Part shown: one piece after another, positions 43,523 to 54,991 of the stretch
How positions within the stretch are numbered: the stretch's first letter is position 1
Layout of the letters: the number at the start of each line of letters is the position of its first letter
NCBI GenBank assembly: GCA_964016885.1
Contig: OZ024743.1
Location: 217,124,001 to 217,188,000, forward strand
DNA from: Eledone cirrhosa
Lineage: Eukaryota
Length of the DNA: 64,000 nucleotides
Direction: 5' to 3'
Notes under the pieces: model-generated
Databases searched by the model: none
The model's input: the letters and a program-made list of their open reading frames with translations, nothing else
What the model was told of the DNA's origin: nothing
Translations under genes and position numbers: made by a program

Positions 43523-43910
43523 TGTTGCAACCGGCCACTTCTAAGCTCTATGAAGAATTAATAAATTAAATAATCAGAGCAATATATCATAAATCATGTC
43601 TTTAGAATTATTAGATAAAATATATACCGTTTCTTCTTCCAATTAGCATAACTAACCATAAAAAAAATCAATTAAACCAAGCTATAAGAAGAAGGGCTCT
43701 TATGAAGAATTCTTCGACAAATAACCGAAAGTGGCCTCTTCACAGTGGCCCCAATATAGTATAAGAAGAGGCCACTTTCGGTTATTTGTCGAAGAGCCTT
43801 TCTTCTTATAGCTTGGTCTAATTGATTTTTTATATGGTTAATTATGCTAATTGGAAGAAGAAACGGTATATATTTTATCTAATAATTCTAAAGACATGAT
43901 TTATGATATA
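43523..43910. mobile_element. Bipolar (TA)n-inserted element, family I (no canonical hammerhead found)
   Basis: Inverted arms ~43582-43741 and 43766-43910, ~60-nt tail on the left. Confidence 0.7.
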
Positions 43911-43918
43911 TATATATA

Positions 43919-44266
43919 TATTGTTATACTTTGGGAGGGTCATGTTGCCAATAAGAAACACACGCACCAGTTGCTTTCACTTCAATTTATTATATATTTA
44001 TAAATTTATAAATTTACAAATCTACAAACTTATAAATTTCCGGTTGGTTGGTTGGTTCCACAACCAGATAGTTGTTTATATATAGTCATAGTCCTTTCGT
44101 CACACACTCTATGACCTCTTCAGTGACTGGGGATTCCTTTCTTTGTTTCTGTGCCTTTCCTTTCTTCTGTCCTACGCCATTTTGTTTATGTGTGTGTGCT
44201 GTGTGCTTAGTTTGCGCATGCGCCACATCCGGGTGTCTGTGTGTGTTTGTGTTCATTTATCTATTT
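43919..44266 (-). repeat. Inverted pLTR
   Basis: Reverse complement of 47156-47502 with scattered substitutions. Confidence 0.95.
44084..44128 (-). ncRNA. Minimal type I hammerhead in PLE pLTR
   Basis: AGTCA CTGAAGA g GTCAT-agagtgt-GTGAC GAAA GGAC TA TGACT. CUA site. Confidence 0.75.
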
Positions 44267-44790
44267 ACACTATACACGCAGACACAAACAACAATAACAA
44301 CACACACAACAACGATAACACACACGGAGACAACAACAACACACATCAACAACAGCACACATCAACAACAACAACACACACGCATTCATTGCCTCTCACC
44401 ACCACCACAATCTTAACAAACACACAGACACAGAAAACAAGTAATGACAGTAGCACAGAAATCAGAGAAATGAGGGAAAGTAATAAGATTAAAAGGAAAA
44501 GGAGATGGGAGACTAAGAACAAAGAGAATAACCAAGACGAACACACAGACACACAAAATAGGGTAGATAACAACATTGAGCCAGTGGAAAGAGACAGGAG
44601 TAATTATGAGAGACATAGAAACAACCATGAGGCTGTTGGTGGAAATAGAAATAGAAACAACACAACTAACAATAACAATAGTACACATAAAGCAGCAGCC
44701 TGGAACTCTCCGTTTTATAATCCCTCCGATAAATAATTCGACCTGCGACGAGTCCACGCCACGACTTTACCATTTAACAAACGCACGCAG

Positions 44791-45396
44791 TTGCCGTCGC
44801 AGGTCGATGAACAAACAGAAGCACAATTTAGTATAGCTAAATCCGAACTTAGAAATATTATAGAACAGTATAGCAAGAATCATAATAGAATAGAGGCCCA
44901 GCAACTGGGGGAAAAATCTGCAAATGGCTTGCGTAAGCTCATGCAGCGCTCATGTAATGGAGAGATAGCATGCTTTCCAACAGACAAGTCTGGCAGAATG
45001 TCGGTTGACAGCCTGCCAAACTACATCCAGGCAATGCAACCCCACATCACTAACACAAGAGAGGTAACACCACAGGAGCATGAGGATAGAGAAAAAGCCC
45101 TCAATGCCCATATGCTGATGTGGACGAATATAATGCAGCCCAACAAAAGGACTGCCAACAATTTCCAGGCCTGGAACAATTACGTGCCGGCGTTGTATGG
45201 GCTTCGAAAAGACCATAAAACGGACTGTGACCCTGTCGCGGGACCACCAACACGGCCAGTCTGTGGAGCTAACATTGCTAGTAACTACAGACTGTCCTAC
45301 TTCCTCTCCCTGATCATAAACCCCATAATTGAGATGTCCCCAGATGTATGTGACAGCACGGAGGACCTCCTCAGCAGAATCGGCGGGCGTGGGTAA
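44791..45396 (+). pseudogene. PLE ORF, N-terminal RT part (frameshifted relative to the next ORF)
   Basis: PTDKSGRM, LYGLRKDHK and PPTRPV motifs of the PLE RT fingers. Frameshift near 45385. Confidence 0.9.
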
Positions 45397-47089
45397 CCGA
45401 TCTGGGGACCTAACAAACTGCATAATAGGCAGTATGGATGTTGTGTCCCTGTATTCATCTATTGACGTGGATTTTGCTGTGGAGAAATGCGTAGAAATGA
45501 TCAGCGAGAGCAAGGTTGAGTTCCGTGGGATTGATACCAGTGAGCTGGGACTTCTACTTAAGCTTACCCATAGTAATAGTTACCTAGACACTTATGACCT
45601 TAGCAACCTGTGCCCTACAAGACCAGCAAGAGGCAGACCACCTACCATTACCTCAATGGCCAAGAAAACCCACACAGATAGATGGAACGGGTGGACCAGA
45701 GCCATACGGACACCCGAAAACCACGATGAACTGAAGAAAATGATTGCACATGCGGTAGGGGCCAGCATAAGATTAACCCTTAAGGAACATATGTTCAAAT
45801 TTAATGGAAAAACATATGCTCAAGAGGAAGGAGCAGCCACTGGTGTTAGCATTGCAGGCGACATAGCTAACTTATTCATGGTATGGTGGGACAGTAGACT
45901 TAAACAAAAACTTAAAGAACAATTAGAAGACAGCTTAACCCTGATAATGTACTCTCGCTACGTAGATGATATAAACATCGTAGTTAAGACACCCCCACTA
46001 AAAAACAGTCAGGAACTAGAGAAAAACACAATGGAAAGCAACCAGCAAATAGCAAACTCCATCCACCAGAGCATTAAAGTTACTATAGTCTACCCAAGTA
46101 GATACCCCAACCATCGATTACCTGTACTAGACACAGAGCTCTGGTTAGATACCATTAACAACCAAAAACAAATCCTCCATTCCCATTATGCCAAACCCAT
46201 GACTTCCAAACATCTGATCCACCGAAACTCGGCCATTTCGGACCATACCAAAATCAACATATTGATTGCGGATTTGGTACGGGTGATGAGAAATGTGTCC
46301 CGCATGTGCAACCCCGAAGAACTAGAGAGACACATACAACACTTCATCCACCGTATGCAGTTCTCTGGCTACAATCAGAGAGATAGAATCAGAGTGTATA
46401 AAGGAGCCAGAACCAAATGGGAAAAAATGGTAAATAATGACATAAATGGGACCTGCCCCTTGTATAGGAGCAAATTTTGGAATAGAATAGAAAGAACTAG
46501 GAACAAGGCCAATAGAATAAACTCATGGTATGATAGCATTAAATACCAGAGTGTAATATTCCTCAATACAACCCCTAGAGGCGAACTAGCCTATAAATTT
46601 AGAAGGCCCCTAAATAAACATAAACTCAATATTAAGATAGTAGAAAGACCAGGTACCTCCGTAAAAACACTTATTAGCAAAACATACCCGTTCCAAAGAC
46701 CCTCATGTATAGATAAGAAATGTATAACCTATAAAATAAGCCCCCATATTAACTGTAAAACTAGAAATGTAGTGTATAGCATAAGATGTACTGAAGGACA
46801 TTGTAGAAACAAAAATATAGTGTACATAGGTGAGACAGCTCGTAGTATAGGGGAACGAATAAATGAACACTGGCGAGACCTTCAAGATAATAAAGAATCA
46901 TCTGTACTCTACCAACATGCTAAGATAGAACACAAGGGTAAATTAGAGAACATAGAAATAAAAATAGAATCCACACACAGAAAAGATGCAATGTTTAGGC
47001 AAATTACAGAGGCAGTAAGCATAAAAGAATTACAACCAAAATTAAATAGAAAATATGAGTGGAACAGCAACATCACAACTTACAATTAA
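45329..47089 (+). CDS. PLE reverse transcriptase + Cys linker + GIY-YIG endonuclease (open 586-codon frame; part of a frameshifted ORF)
   Basis: SMDVVSLY, QEEGAATG, RYVDD, LPVLD; linker CIDKKC..NC; VVYSIRC..YIGETARSIGERINEH..EAVSI..PKLNRK. Confidence 0.93.
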   Translation: MRCPQMYVTARRTSSAESAGVGNRSGDLTNCIIGSMDVVSLYSSIDVDFAVEKCVEMISESKVEFRGIDTSELGLLLKLTHSNSYLDTYDLSNLCPTRPARGRPPTITSMAKKTHTDRWNGWTRAIRTPENHDELKKMIAHAVGASIRLTLKEHMFKFNGKTYAQEEGAATGVSIAGDIANLFMVWWDSRLKQKLKEQLEDSLTLIMYSRYVDDINIVVKTPPLKNSQELEKNTMESNQQIANSIHQSIKVTIVYPSRYPNHRLPVLDTELWLDTINNQKQILHSHYAKPMTSKHLIHRNSAISDHTKINILIADLVRVMRNVSRMCNPEELERHIQHFIHRMQFSGYNQRDRIRVYKGARTKWEKMVNNDINGTCPLYRSKFWNRIERTRNKANRINSWYDSIKYQSVIFLNTTPRGELAYKFRRPLNKHKLNIKIVERPGTSVKTLISKTYPFQRPSCIDKKCITYKISPHINCKTRNVVYSIRCTEGHCRNKNIVYIGETARSIGERINEHWRDLQDNKESSVLYQHAKIEHKGKLENIEIKIESTHRKDAMFRQITEAVSIKELQPKLNRKYEWNSNITTYN

Positions 47090-47292
47090 GGACAAAATGA
47101 AAACACACGCACACATAGAACAAACAACCAACCAACAACATGTAAATAAATAAACAAATAGATAAATGAACACAAACACACACAGACACCCGGATATGGC
47201 GCATGCGCAAACTGAGCACACAACACACACACAGAAACAAAATGGCGTAGGACAGAAGAAAGGAAAGGCACAGAAACAAAGAAGGAATCCCC

Positions 47293-47337
47293 AGTCTATG
47301 AAGAGGTCACACAGTGTGTGACGAAAGGACTATGACT
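47293..47337 (+). ncRNA. Mutated hammerhead in 3' pLTR
   Basis: AGTCtaTGAAGAG GTCACAC-agt-GTGTGAC GAAA GGAC TA TGACT. C3 is lost relative to the 44.1-kb copy. Confidence 0.6.
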
Positions 47338-47556
47338 ATATATAAACAACTATCTGGTTGTGGAACCAACCAACCAACCAGAAATTTATAAGTTTGTAGA
47401 TTTGTAAATTTATAAATTTATAAATATATAATAAATGAAGTGAAAGCAACTGGTGCGTATGTTTCTTATTTGCAACATGACCCTCCCAAAGTATAACAAT
47501 ATCGGTTTCAACACACGATTTCAGATAAAGAATCCTGCTAAACAAATTCAGAAACG

Positions 47557-47617
<61 letters not shown>

Positions 47618-47620
<3 letters not shown>

Positions 47621-48227
47621 TGGCTGCCAACTCGTTTTCGAGTACGGCCACTACTTTATATCCATGTCGGAGAACCCCTACCGATGCGCTGAACGAGTGT
47701 GACTTTTTAGTCCAGCCAGCGACTTGAAAACTCTGGTACAAACACTACACTTGTGACAATTATTGACACATAGTGCTGGGCCCATGGTACCACGTGACGA
47801 CAAGTGCAGAGAGATCTCCAGATATAAAGCAATGCCTGTGCCGTGAAGCTTTTTTAGTGAGCAAAGGCACTGCACAAAGCCAGTCCCACTCTCTTAACCA
47901 AGAGGATATTTACCAAAAAGAAGAACAAGTCAACATCATTGGATACCATCAGAGTTGCAGGTGTTATATCAGAGTTTTCCTTCTCCTAGAATTCTGCCTT
48001 TACAAAGGCTAAGGGGTCATCTCTCCCGGTGATTTTGGATGGCCATTGACTCTTAAGAGCTCCTTTTGCCCTTTGACAGGTTTTGTTTTTAGTCCTGCAG
48101 GATGTCCAAAGTCACCCTCCTCACCAAGAAACCTTGGTGGGGTTGCCAGTTTAGACACCAACGACCCGACCATGAGACAGGCTGTACTGGGAAACATGTT
48201 ACCAGTAGCACCAACTGGTGACCTGAC
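47618..48227 (-). mobile_element. Internally deleted RTE-like non-autonomous element
   Basis: C-terminal zinc finger CSVCTRVFKSLAGLKSHTRSAH* and 3' end TACTCGAAAACGAGTTGGCAGCCACCA. 5' part homologous to 51493-51690. Confidence 0.7.
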
Positions 48228-48244
48228 ATATATATATATATATG

Positions 48245-48292
<48 letters not shown>

Positions 48293-48409
48293 CATAAATA
48301 TATAGATAGATAGATGGATATAGTTATAATATATATGTGTGTGTTTGGGAGTGTTAATTTGTACATACATATGTGCGTTTTATTTGCTTCGTATGTTTTA
48401 AATGCGAGC

Positions 48410-48540
48410 GCTAACGTACTTTTTTCTCGCATTGGAACTATACCAGTAATTTTAAGGAAGCGGAAATTCATCTCTTTATCGACTACAGATTCGTGAAAGA
48501 CAAAGCTGACCTTGACAGGAATTGAACTCATGAAATAGTG
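48410..48540 (-). mobile_element. SINE family 2, decayed
   Basis: TTTATCGAC..GAAAGACAAAGCTGACCTTGACAGGAATTGAACTCA. Confidence 0.6.
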
Positions 48541-49157
48541 AGTTCTAACTAAATACCACAAAGTTTTTTGTCAGATATTCTACTGATATTGCTAATATCC
48601 CACGTCTAATATAATGGCTACACTCACTATAGAAATATTTGTCCCATTAGAATACATTACTTTGTTCATTGCAATTTCATTTAGTCAATATTATATAAAG
48701 GTGGAGTGTTATATCTGGAAATGGAATTTAGGAGTATACACTGATGTCTGGTTAATATATTTGGTTGTCAGTGTGCATTTGGCGGTTTGTATGGCTTATG
48801 GATTTAAAAATGCATGCGTGTATATGAGTGCAGATAGATGTTTATTTCTCTTGTTTGATGTCACACACAAACATACATATATCAACACATATATGCACAC
48901 ACCAATAACGGTCCCGCACATATACGCTCAAATATACACACCAAACACGCAAGCGCGCACACACATACGATGTTAACAAGCCTCTCTTTGTTGTTGCAGG
49001 AATTCAAAACACTTCTTGTGACCTAAAATTAAGTCTGGTTTTTCATCAAATGAATAGGTTCACTTGTTCCGACTATCTCTAAATCTTTTTATCAATCTCC
49101 ACATTTCTCTATCTGTGAACTAATATCTACTTGTTCTATCTGTTTCTCAGCACAAAT

Positions 49158-49318
49158 CACGAGCATTCTATCTCAAAATTACTTTTGAAAACACGAGAAA
49201 TGCGCAACCGGTAAAAACTTAAAACTAAAACTGAATACTAACTAATACCTAATACTAATTTATACTTATTCCTAATTAAACTATTTTTCACTGGGAAAAA
49301 TGTGTCAGCATTCTCTTA
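49158..49318. repeat. Dispersed repeat (second copy 56481-56603), unclassified
   Basis: CACGAGC..CTATCTCAAAATT..GAAATGCGCAACCGGTAAA..CTAATTTATACTTATTCCTAATTAAACTATTTTTCACTGGGAAAAATGTGTCAGCATT is shared. Confidence 0.85.
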
Positions 49319-49388
49319 TTTCTTATTATTAATATATCACAACTCGTGTGTCACACCTCAAAATTTTTTTTATATATATATATAAATA

Positions 49389-50123
49389 TAATAAAAGTAT
49401 GTGTTCCTACATATCAAAAATATATATAGGGATACATGTATCGTCCAACCGTATGCAAGTGTGGTTCTATGGCAGGTTAATAAATTAACAAGCCAGAACA
49501 TATAAAATCAAGGTTTAACAATTAGAGAAAATGTTTTAAAGTAAATTTCAAAAGATTCACTGTACTTACTCTATTTGCCTTTACCGCGGTTTACGATCCC
49601 AAAATAAACAGATAATCCAAGCGGATTTTCATTGAGAAAGAGATCATCGTCAGAAGGATTTTCTCACTCGGAGAATATAAAATTCTCGAGTTCAAATCAC
49701 AAACTGGCGCCATACAAATCTGTTCCCGAATGAGAGTGAATGAGAGAAGAAACAATCTTGTCTAGTGCCGTGTGCAAAGGCAGAAAGCAGGGCGGACAGG
49801 TCAATGTCCTGCTAATAAAAATAGCAGCAATTCAAACGTCCAAAGTCTTCTCAAATTTACGGGAGAATAATAATAAAAGTATGTGTTCCTACATGTAAAA
49901 AATACATATAGGGATACAAATATTGTCCAACCGTATGCAAGTGTGGTTCTATGGCAGGTTAATAAATTAACAAGCCAGAACATATAAAATCAAGGTTTAG
50001 CAAGTAGAGAAAATGTTTTTAAATAAATTTCAAATGTTCACTGTACTTACTATATGTGCCTTTACCGCGGTTTCCGATCCTAAGATAAACAGATAATCCA
50101 AGCAGATTTCCAGAAAGAGATCA
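49389..50123 (-). mobile_element. Retrozyme-like 1.5-mer, ~482-nt period (family J)
   Basis: Direct repeats 49389-49646 and 49871-50123. Each contains hammerhead parts, there is no meaningful ORF, and the 3' end runs into TA. Confidence 0.78.
49578..49657 (-). ncRNA. Minimal type I hammerhead (family J; G12>U in this copy)
   Basis: CCTT CTGACGA TGATCTC...GGGATCG tAAA C-CGCG-G TA AAGG. The partner copy at 50059-50123 has intact GAAACCGCGGTA but lacks the 5' core. Confidence 0.72.
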
Positions 50124-50199
50124 CTCTTATAACTTATAACATTCTTGTGATGTCGTAGTGGGTGAGAAGAAGGCGATAAAGGTTAGTCATGAGTGTATG

Positions 50200-50274
<75 letters not shown>

Positions 50275-50280
<6 letters not shown>

Positions 50281-50775
50281 ATACTTTGGGAGGATCATGT
50301 TGCCAATAAGAAACACACGCACCAGTTGCTTTTACTCCAATTTATTATAAATTAAATTTATAAATTTCCGGTTGGTTGGTTGGTTCCACAACCAGATGAT
50401 TGATCATATATTGTCAAAGTTCTTTCGTCACACATTATGTGACCTCTCCAGTGACTGGGGATTCTTTTCTTTGTATTTGTGCCTCTTCTTTGTTCTGTCC
50501 TACGCCATCTTGTTTTTGTGTGCGCTGCATGCTTAGTTTGCATGTGTTACATCCGGGTGTCTGTGTGTGTTTATATTTGGTTATTTATTTGTTTATTTAC
50601 ATGTTACTGGCTGGTTGTTTGTTCTATGTGTGGGTGTGTTTTCATTTTGTCCTTAATTGTAAGTTGTGATGTTGCTGTTCCATTCATGTTTTCTATTTAA
50701 TTTTGGTTGGAGTTCATTTATGTTTATTGCCTCTGGGATTTGTCTAAAGAATCTTGCTAAACAAATTCAGAAACG

Positions 50776-50780
<5 letters not shown>
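50275..50780 (-). mobile_element. PLE 3' remnant (ORF end + pLTR, minus) joined to the tail (plus)
   Basis: Encodes FRQIPEAININELQPKLNRKHEWNSNITTYN*. pLTR has a degenerate hammerhead (CTGGAGA, ~50412-50456). Tail 50745-50780. Confidence 0.92.
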
Positions 50781-50849
<69 letters not shown>

Positions 50850-51054
50850 ACTCCGAGTGAAATAAATGACTGAATCTAGCCTGGAGGCTAGACAAGTTGG
50901 AGCTCATCTTAGATCTTTGGCGGTACGAGATAAAGAGTAACAGACGCCTACAGGAGGGGTTAGGTTAACAAATGTTCCGATAAATTTCTATTGAATATTT
51001 AGTCGCTTCATAATATTAACGTGTAATTCATCTCTGAAATCTTAAAATAAGTGT

Positions 51055-51270
51055 TTCCACTTTAGGCGCAAAGCCAGCAATTAGAAGGAGTACGGGGAAA
51101 GTCGATTAAATCGACCCCAGTACATTAGTGGTGCTTTATTTTATTGACCCAGTAAGGAAGAAAGGCAAAGCTAACCTCAGCAGGATTTGAAATCAGAATA
51201 TAAAGGGACATATCTCGATGATGCAAAACATGGTGTCTGAAGCTCTACTGATACTTCCAATCCACCGCAC
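51055..51270 (-). mobile_element. SINE family 2
   Basis: AGTCGATTAAATCGACCCCAGT..TTTATTGACCC..GAAAGGCAAAGCTAACCTCAGCAGGATTTGAA. Confidence 0.75.
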
Positions 51271-51492
51271 TATGAAATAATAAAATGAATTGCTTCTTTT
51301 ACAATTTGATGTTCAATACAAATATTCCTTTGCAGTTTAGCACTATTAAATATTTTAATAAGCATCACAGTAGAGTTTAAAATAAACATTCACATTTCGA
51401 AATGCTTTTCCTACGCACATCCACAAAGTAACAGATTTATATATATACATGCATGCACGGCTGTATATATGTATGTATGCATGTATGTTTTG

Positions 51493-51711
51493 TCGGGTCA
51501 CTGTTGAGTTCTACGGATAACATGTAACCTTGCACAACCTGTCGCATGGTCGGGTCTTCGGTGAGTAAACCGGCAACCCCACCTGGTTTACTTCGTGAGC
51601 AGGGTGATCTTCGACACCCTGCAGGACAAAAATCAAAAATCTAAACCTGACAAATGGCGGAAGAACTCATAAGGGTCAACGGCTATCCTAAAATTTGTAA
51701 ATATGCATGTG

Positions 51712-51765
<54 letters not shown>

Positions 51766-52071
51766 CATGTGTATGTATATGTGCAGGGACATAGAAATAA
51801 CCGGGCTTGATACCCTACCGCGCGCTTAAACCACTGTGAGTGAAGGAGTCCTAGCCTTTGTCAGGCAACTCAGGAAACTGGGATGACTACGATATAAAAC
51901 CTGCGGTTCAGTAGTTACCGATGATGTTGATCTTTTCTTCTTTTCGAGTTATAGCTACAGTCGCTCAGAGAGTGGAATTGGCACAGGCATTGCACATAGG
52001 ATTAATTGATAATTATTAATGAGGTTATATCGTACAATGGCAATACTCGATAACGAGGGGGGCAGCCATCA
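51493..52071 (+). mobile_element. RTE-like non-autonomous element (related to 47618-48227), split by a TA tract
   Basis: Shared 5' region (CATGGTCGGGTC..GGCAACCCCACC..AGGGTGA..CCTGCAGGAC) and 3' end (TACTCGATAACGAG..GGCAGCCATCA). Confidence 0.7.
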
Positions 52072-52679
52072 TGTATGAATGTATGTTTTTTTACGTATGT
52101 CAATTTGTATGTATATATATGCATTTAGGTATGTATGTATGTTAGTGTGTATTTATTTATGGAACTGTAGTTAAAATTTCAATATCATCATCTAGATTAT
52201 TCTCTAGTCACTTTTATATATTCTTGCTAATTACTTATTCGTGTGCATTCCTCCTTTGTTCATTATTTAACTGCAAAATCATATTGCTGAATGAATCAGG
52301 ATGGCTTCGTGTTATTTATTTGAAATATAGTGCTAAGTCTAGTGTACTACGTGAATGTATGTATGCATGGGTAAATGGATGTATGCATCCTTGAATATAT
52401 TTACGTATGTACTGTGAAAGTTGTCAATTTCATTGCAGCTATCTAATTGTGTATGAGCTGCAGCAGCACCAACACGAGTATCGTTGGAAGCACGTGTAAT
52501 TAATTACATTCAATCATGAAACAAAACAGTTCCCTTCCTTCGTATGTTTATCTTCGCATAGACACACATGTGCACTCATATGTATATATATATATATATA
52601 TTAATATGTTGGCGGGACAGACAAAGGTTTCACTGCTACTACCGGTTACATATTAGCGTACTCAATAGGTAATGTTATA

Positions 52680-52800
52680 TTTACAGTCTGAGTTCAAATC
52701 CCGCCGAGGTTAACTTTGCCTTTCATCCTTACGGGGTCGATAAAATAAAGTACCAGTAATGTACTGCGTAATTGCTGGCCTTGTGCCTAAAGTAGAAACA
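52680..52800 (+). mobile_element. SINE family 2
   Basis: B box GAGTTCAAATCC followed by the conserved body and tail GGCCTTGTGCCTAAAGTAGAAA. Confidence 0.8.
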
Positions 52801-52827
52801 GCTATATACATACATACATACATACAT

Positions 52828-52893
<66 letters not shown>

Positions 52894-53732
52894 TCCTTTC
52901 TATACCTTTCATTTATATATTTATACTCGGATTTCTTTCCTAGAATGTTTAAATTATTTGTGACTAATCCCGGTATTTTTTGAAAAAGACCGCGATAATA
53001 TTGCTTTTTGCTGAACTCTTTATTGTAGAGTTTTTTTCGGAATGTTTTTGACTGTTGTTTCATATAAACAAACACGTGTCTTATTCTGACGTCACCAGCC
53101 CTGTTTTTACACATGTGCGTTTTATTTTCATAATTACGCATGATGTTAAACTAGCCTGCTTTTAAATTCCCTTTTTGGTATCGTCTTGAGCTCTGCTGAG
53201 GATCGAATTCCATCTCCACTGAAAGTTTTCGTGAAATAGTCTTTTCAAGACTATACAGAGCATTTGTAGTTGTTCAAAATTGAAGGATGAGTATTTTAAA
53301 CTTTATTTTATCATGAGTTAAGGCTCTATTGATTTTCGCTGGATTTCACCAAATTCTGTTGGCTAAATCTATATCCTAATTTTTTTGAATTGAGTTTGAA
53401 CTATTTTCCCATGTTGATGCTATAGTCACTTATATATTATGAAATACTGTTGGCTTCTTGCTACACTACTTTCTATACCTTTCATTTATATATATATATT
53501 AAATTAATAGATTAATCGCTGCTTTCACCCTTAACGAGATCTTCTAAAACTAAAAAAGTGAATCTGTGAACGCACAAATAAATATTTCAAAAAACGTTGC
53601 AACTGAAAGAAGACATGAAGACGATACATATGTTCGTGGAAACGTTCCCTGGCTCTACGGTTCTTATATATTTGATATATATTTATCCTCATCGAACCCT
53701 CTTTGAATTTCAGTCTTCAAATGTATTATTAA

Positions 53733-53810
<78 letters not shown>

Positions 53811-53814
<4 letters not shown>

Positions 53815-53889
53815 ACCCACTCTACTACCTCAAGTATTGAGTACTTTGGTGCGTTATGGTCCACCTGGTTCCTTACCACATTTCCTTCG

Positions 53890-53891
<2 letters not shown>
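53811..53891 (+). mobile_element. Solo tail of family H between (TA)n tracts
   Basis: CCCACTCTACT..TTGAGTACT.TGGTGCGTTATG.TCCA..TTCCTTACCACA matches 42379-42455. Confidence 0.8.
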
Positions 53892-53942
<51 letters not shown>

Positions 53943-54229
53943 CTGCATACACTTATAAAGACATGCACACTCACATGGTTTCTCAAATCAACAACATCTA
54001 CATGTATATGCATATCAGTTTGTTGGTGTGAATTAAGGATTATGTATTAGTATATTCCTCTCCCCCTTTCAACAAGCTTAGCTATATATGTTTTTTTACC
54101 AATCCTTTCTACATTTTCCAACGAACCCTATCAAAGTAATTGCTTTCTACTCTTTCATTCTATTCTCTGCCCCAATTCTTCCAACTATCATCTGAAAGAC
54201 GTAGCTATCTAATGTTACTTTATTATAGC

Positions 54230-54410
54230 TTTGGATTGGCAGTATTGATAGAGGGTCGGACGCCATGTTTTGCAGCAAAGAGTTACGGCCTTTTATGGTC
54301 TGAGTTCAAATCCCGCCAAGGCTAACTTTGCCTTTCATCCTTACGGGGTCGATAAAATAAAGTACCAGTAACGTACTGGTTATTTGCTGGTCTTGTGCCA
54401 AAAGTAGAAA
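54230..54410 (+). mobile_element. SINE family 2
   Basis: A-box-like TGGCAGTATTG, B box GAGTTCAAATCC, conserved body. Confidence 0.8.
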
Positions 54411-54517
54411 CGAGTATAGCTTTTTGTATTTGCATTCATGCTTGGCATTGTAAACATTGAGTAAAACTATTGAAACAACTCGCATTAAATTCAATCTGCA
54501 ATCAAATGTATGAACAT

Positions 54518-54624
54518 TATATTGCTTCGGCAGAACATATCCTAAAATTGGATTCATACAGAGAAGATTAGCATGGCCCCTGCGCAAGGATGACACGCAA
54601 ATTGGTGAAGCATTCCATATTTTT
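54518..54624 (+). pseudogene. U6: U6 snRNA retrocopy (full length, mutated)
   Basis: TTGCTTCGGCAGAACATAT..ACAGAGAAGATTAGCATGGCCCCTGCGCAAGGATGACACGCAAATT..TTCCATATTTTT. 5' stem disrupted and several substitutions versus canonical U6. Confidence 0.93.
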
Positions 54625-54625
54625 A

Positions 54626-54810
54626 AAGGGAGGTGGATTGGTAGTATCGGTGGAGTGTGGGACACCAAGCTTTGCAGCATAGAGTTACGCCCTTTACTGT
54701 CTGAGTTCAAATCCGAGGGTAATTTTTCCATTCGTCCTTACAGGGTCGATAAAATACAGTACCAGTAATGTACTGAGATAATTGGTGGCCTTGTGCCAAA
54801 AGTAGAAATA
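54626..54810 (+). mobile_element. SINE family 2 directly following U6
   Basis: Head AAGGGAGGTGGATTGGTAGTATCG, B box GAGTTCAAATCC, same body and tail as 54230-54410. Confidence 0.8.
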
Positions 54811-54922
54811 ATTCTATTGATGTCAAATATGTTAGCTGGTATATACACCTGCGTTTCAACTTTTCAATTTCGTTCTCGACGTCTCTGCACATACATAGTC
54901 ATGAACACATACATATGTATTT

Positions 54923-54991
<69 letters not shown>

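Larger units (their letters stand above)
43919..47560 (+). mobile_element. Penelope-like retroelement, 5'-truncated, with inverted pLTR
   Basis: RT + GIY-YIG ORF, ~348-bp inverted pLTRs (43919-44266 and 47156-47502), ~57-nt 3' tail, (TA)n target on both sides. Confidence 0.97.

Noticed and set aside
44950-45513. 187-aa antisense ORF within the PLE, and other antisense ORFs
   Set aside because: Shadows of the sense-strand RT coding region.
45329-47089. Selenocysteine recoding as described for some Naiad PLEs
   Set aside because: No in-frame TGA in this ORF and no evident SECIS.
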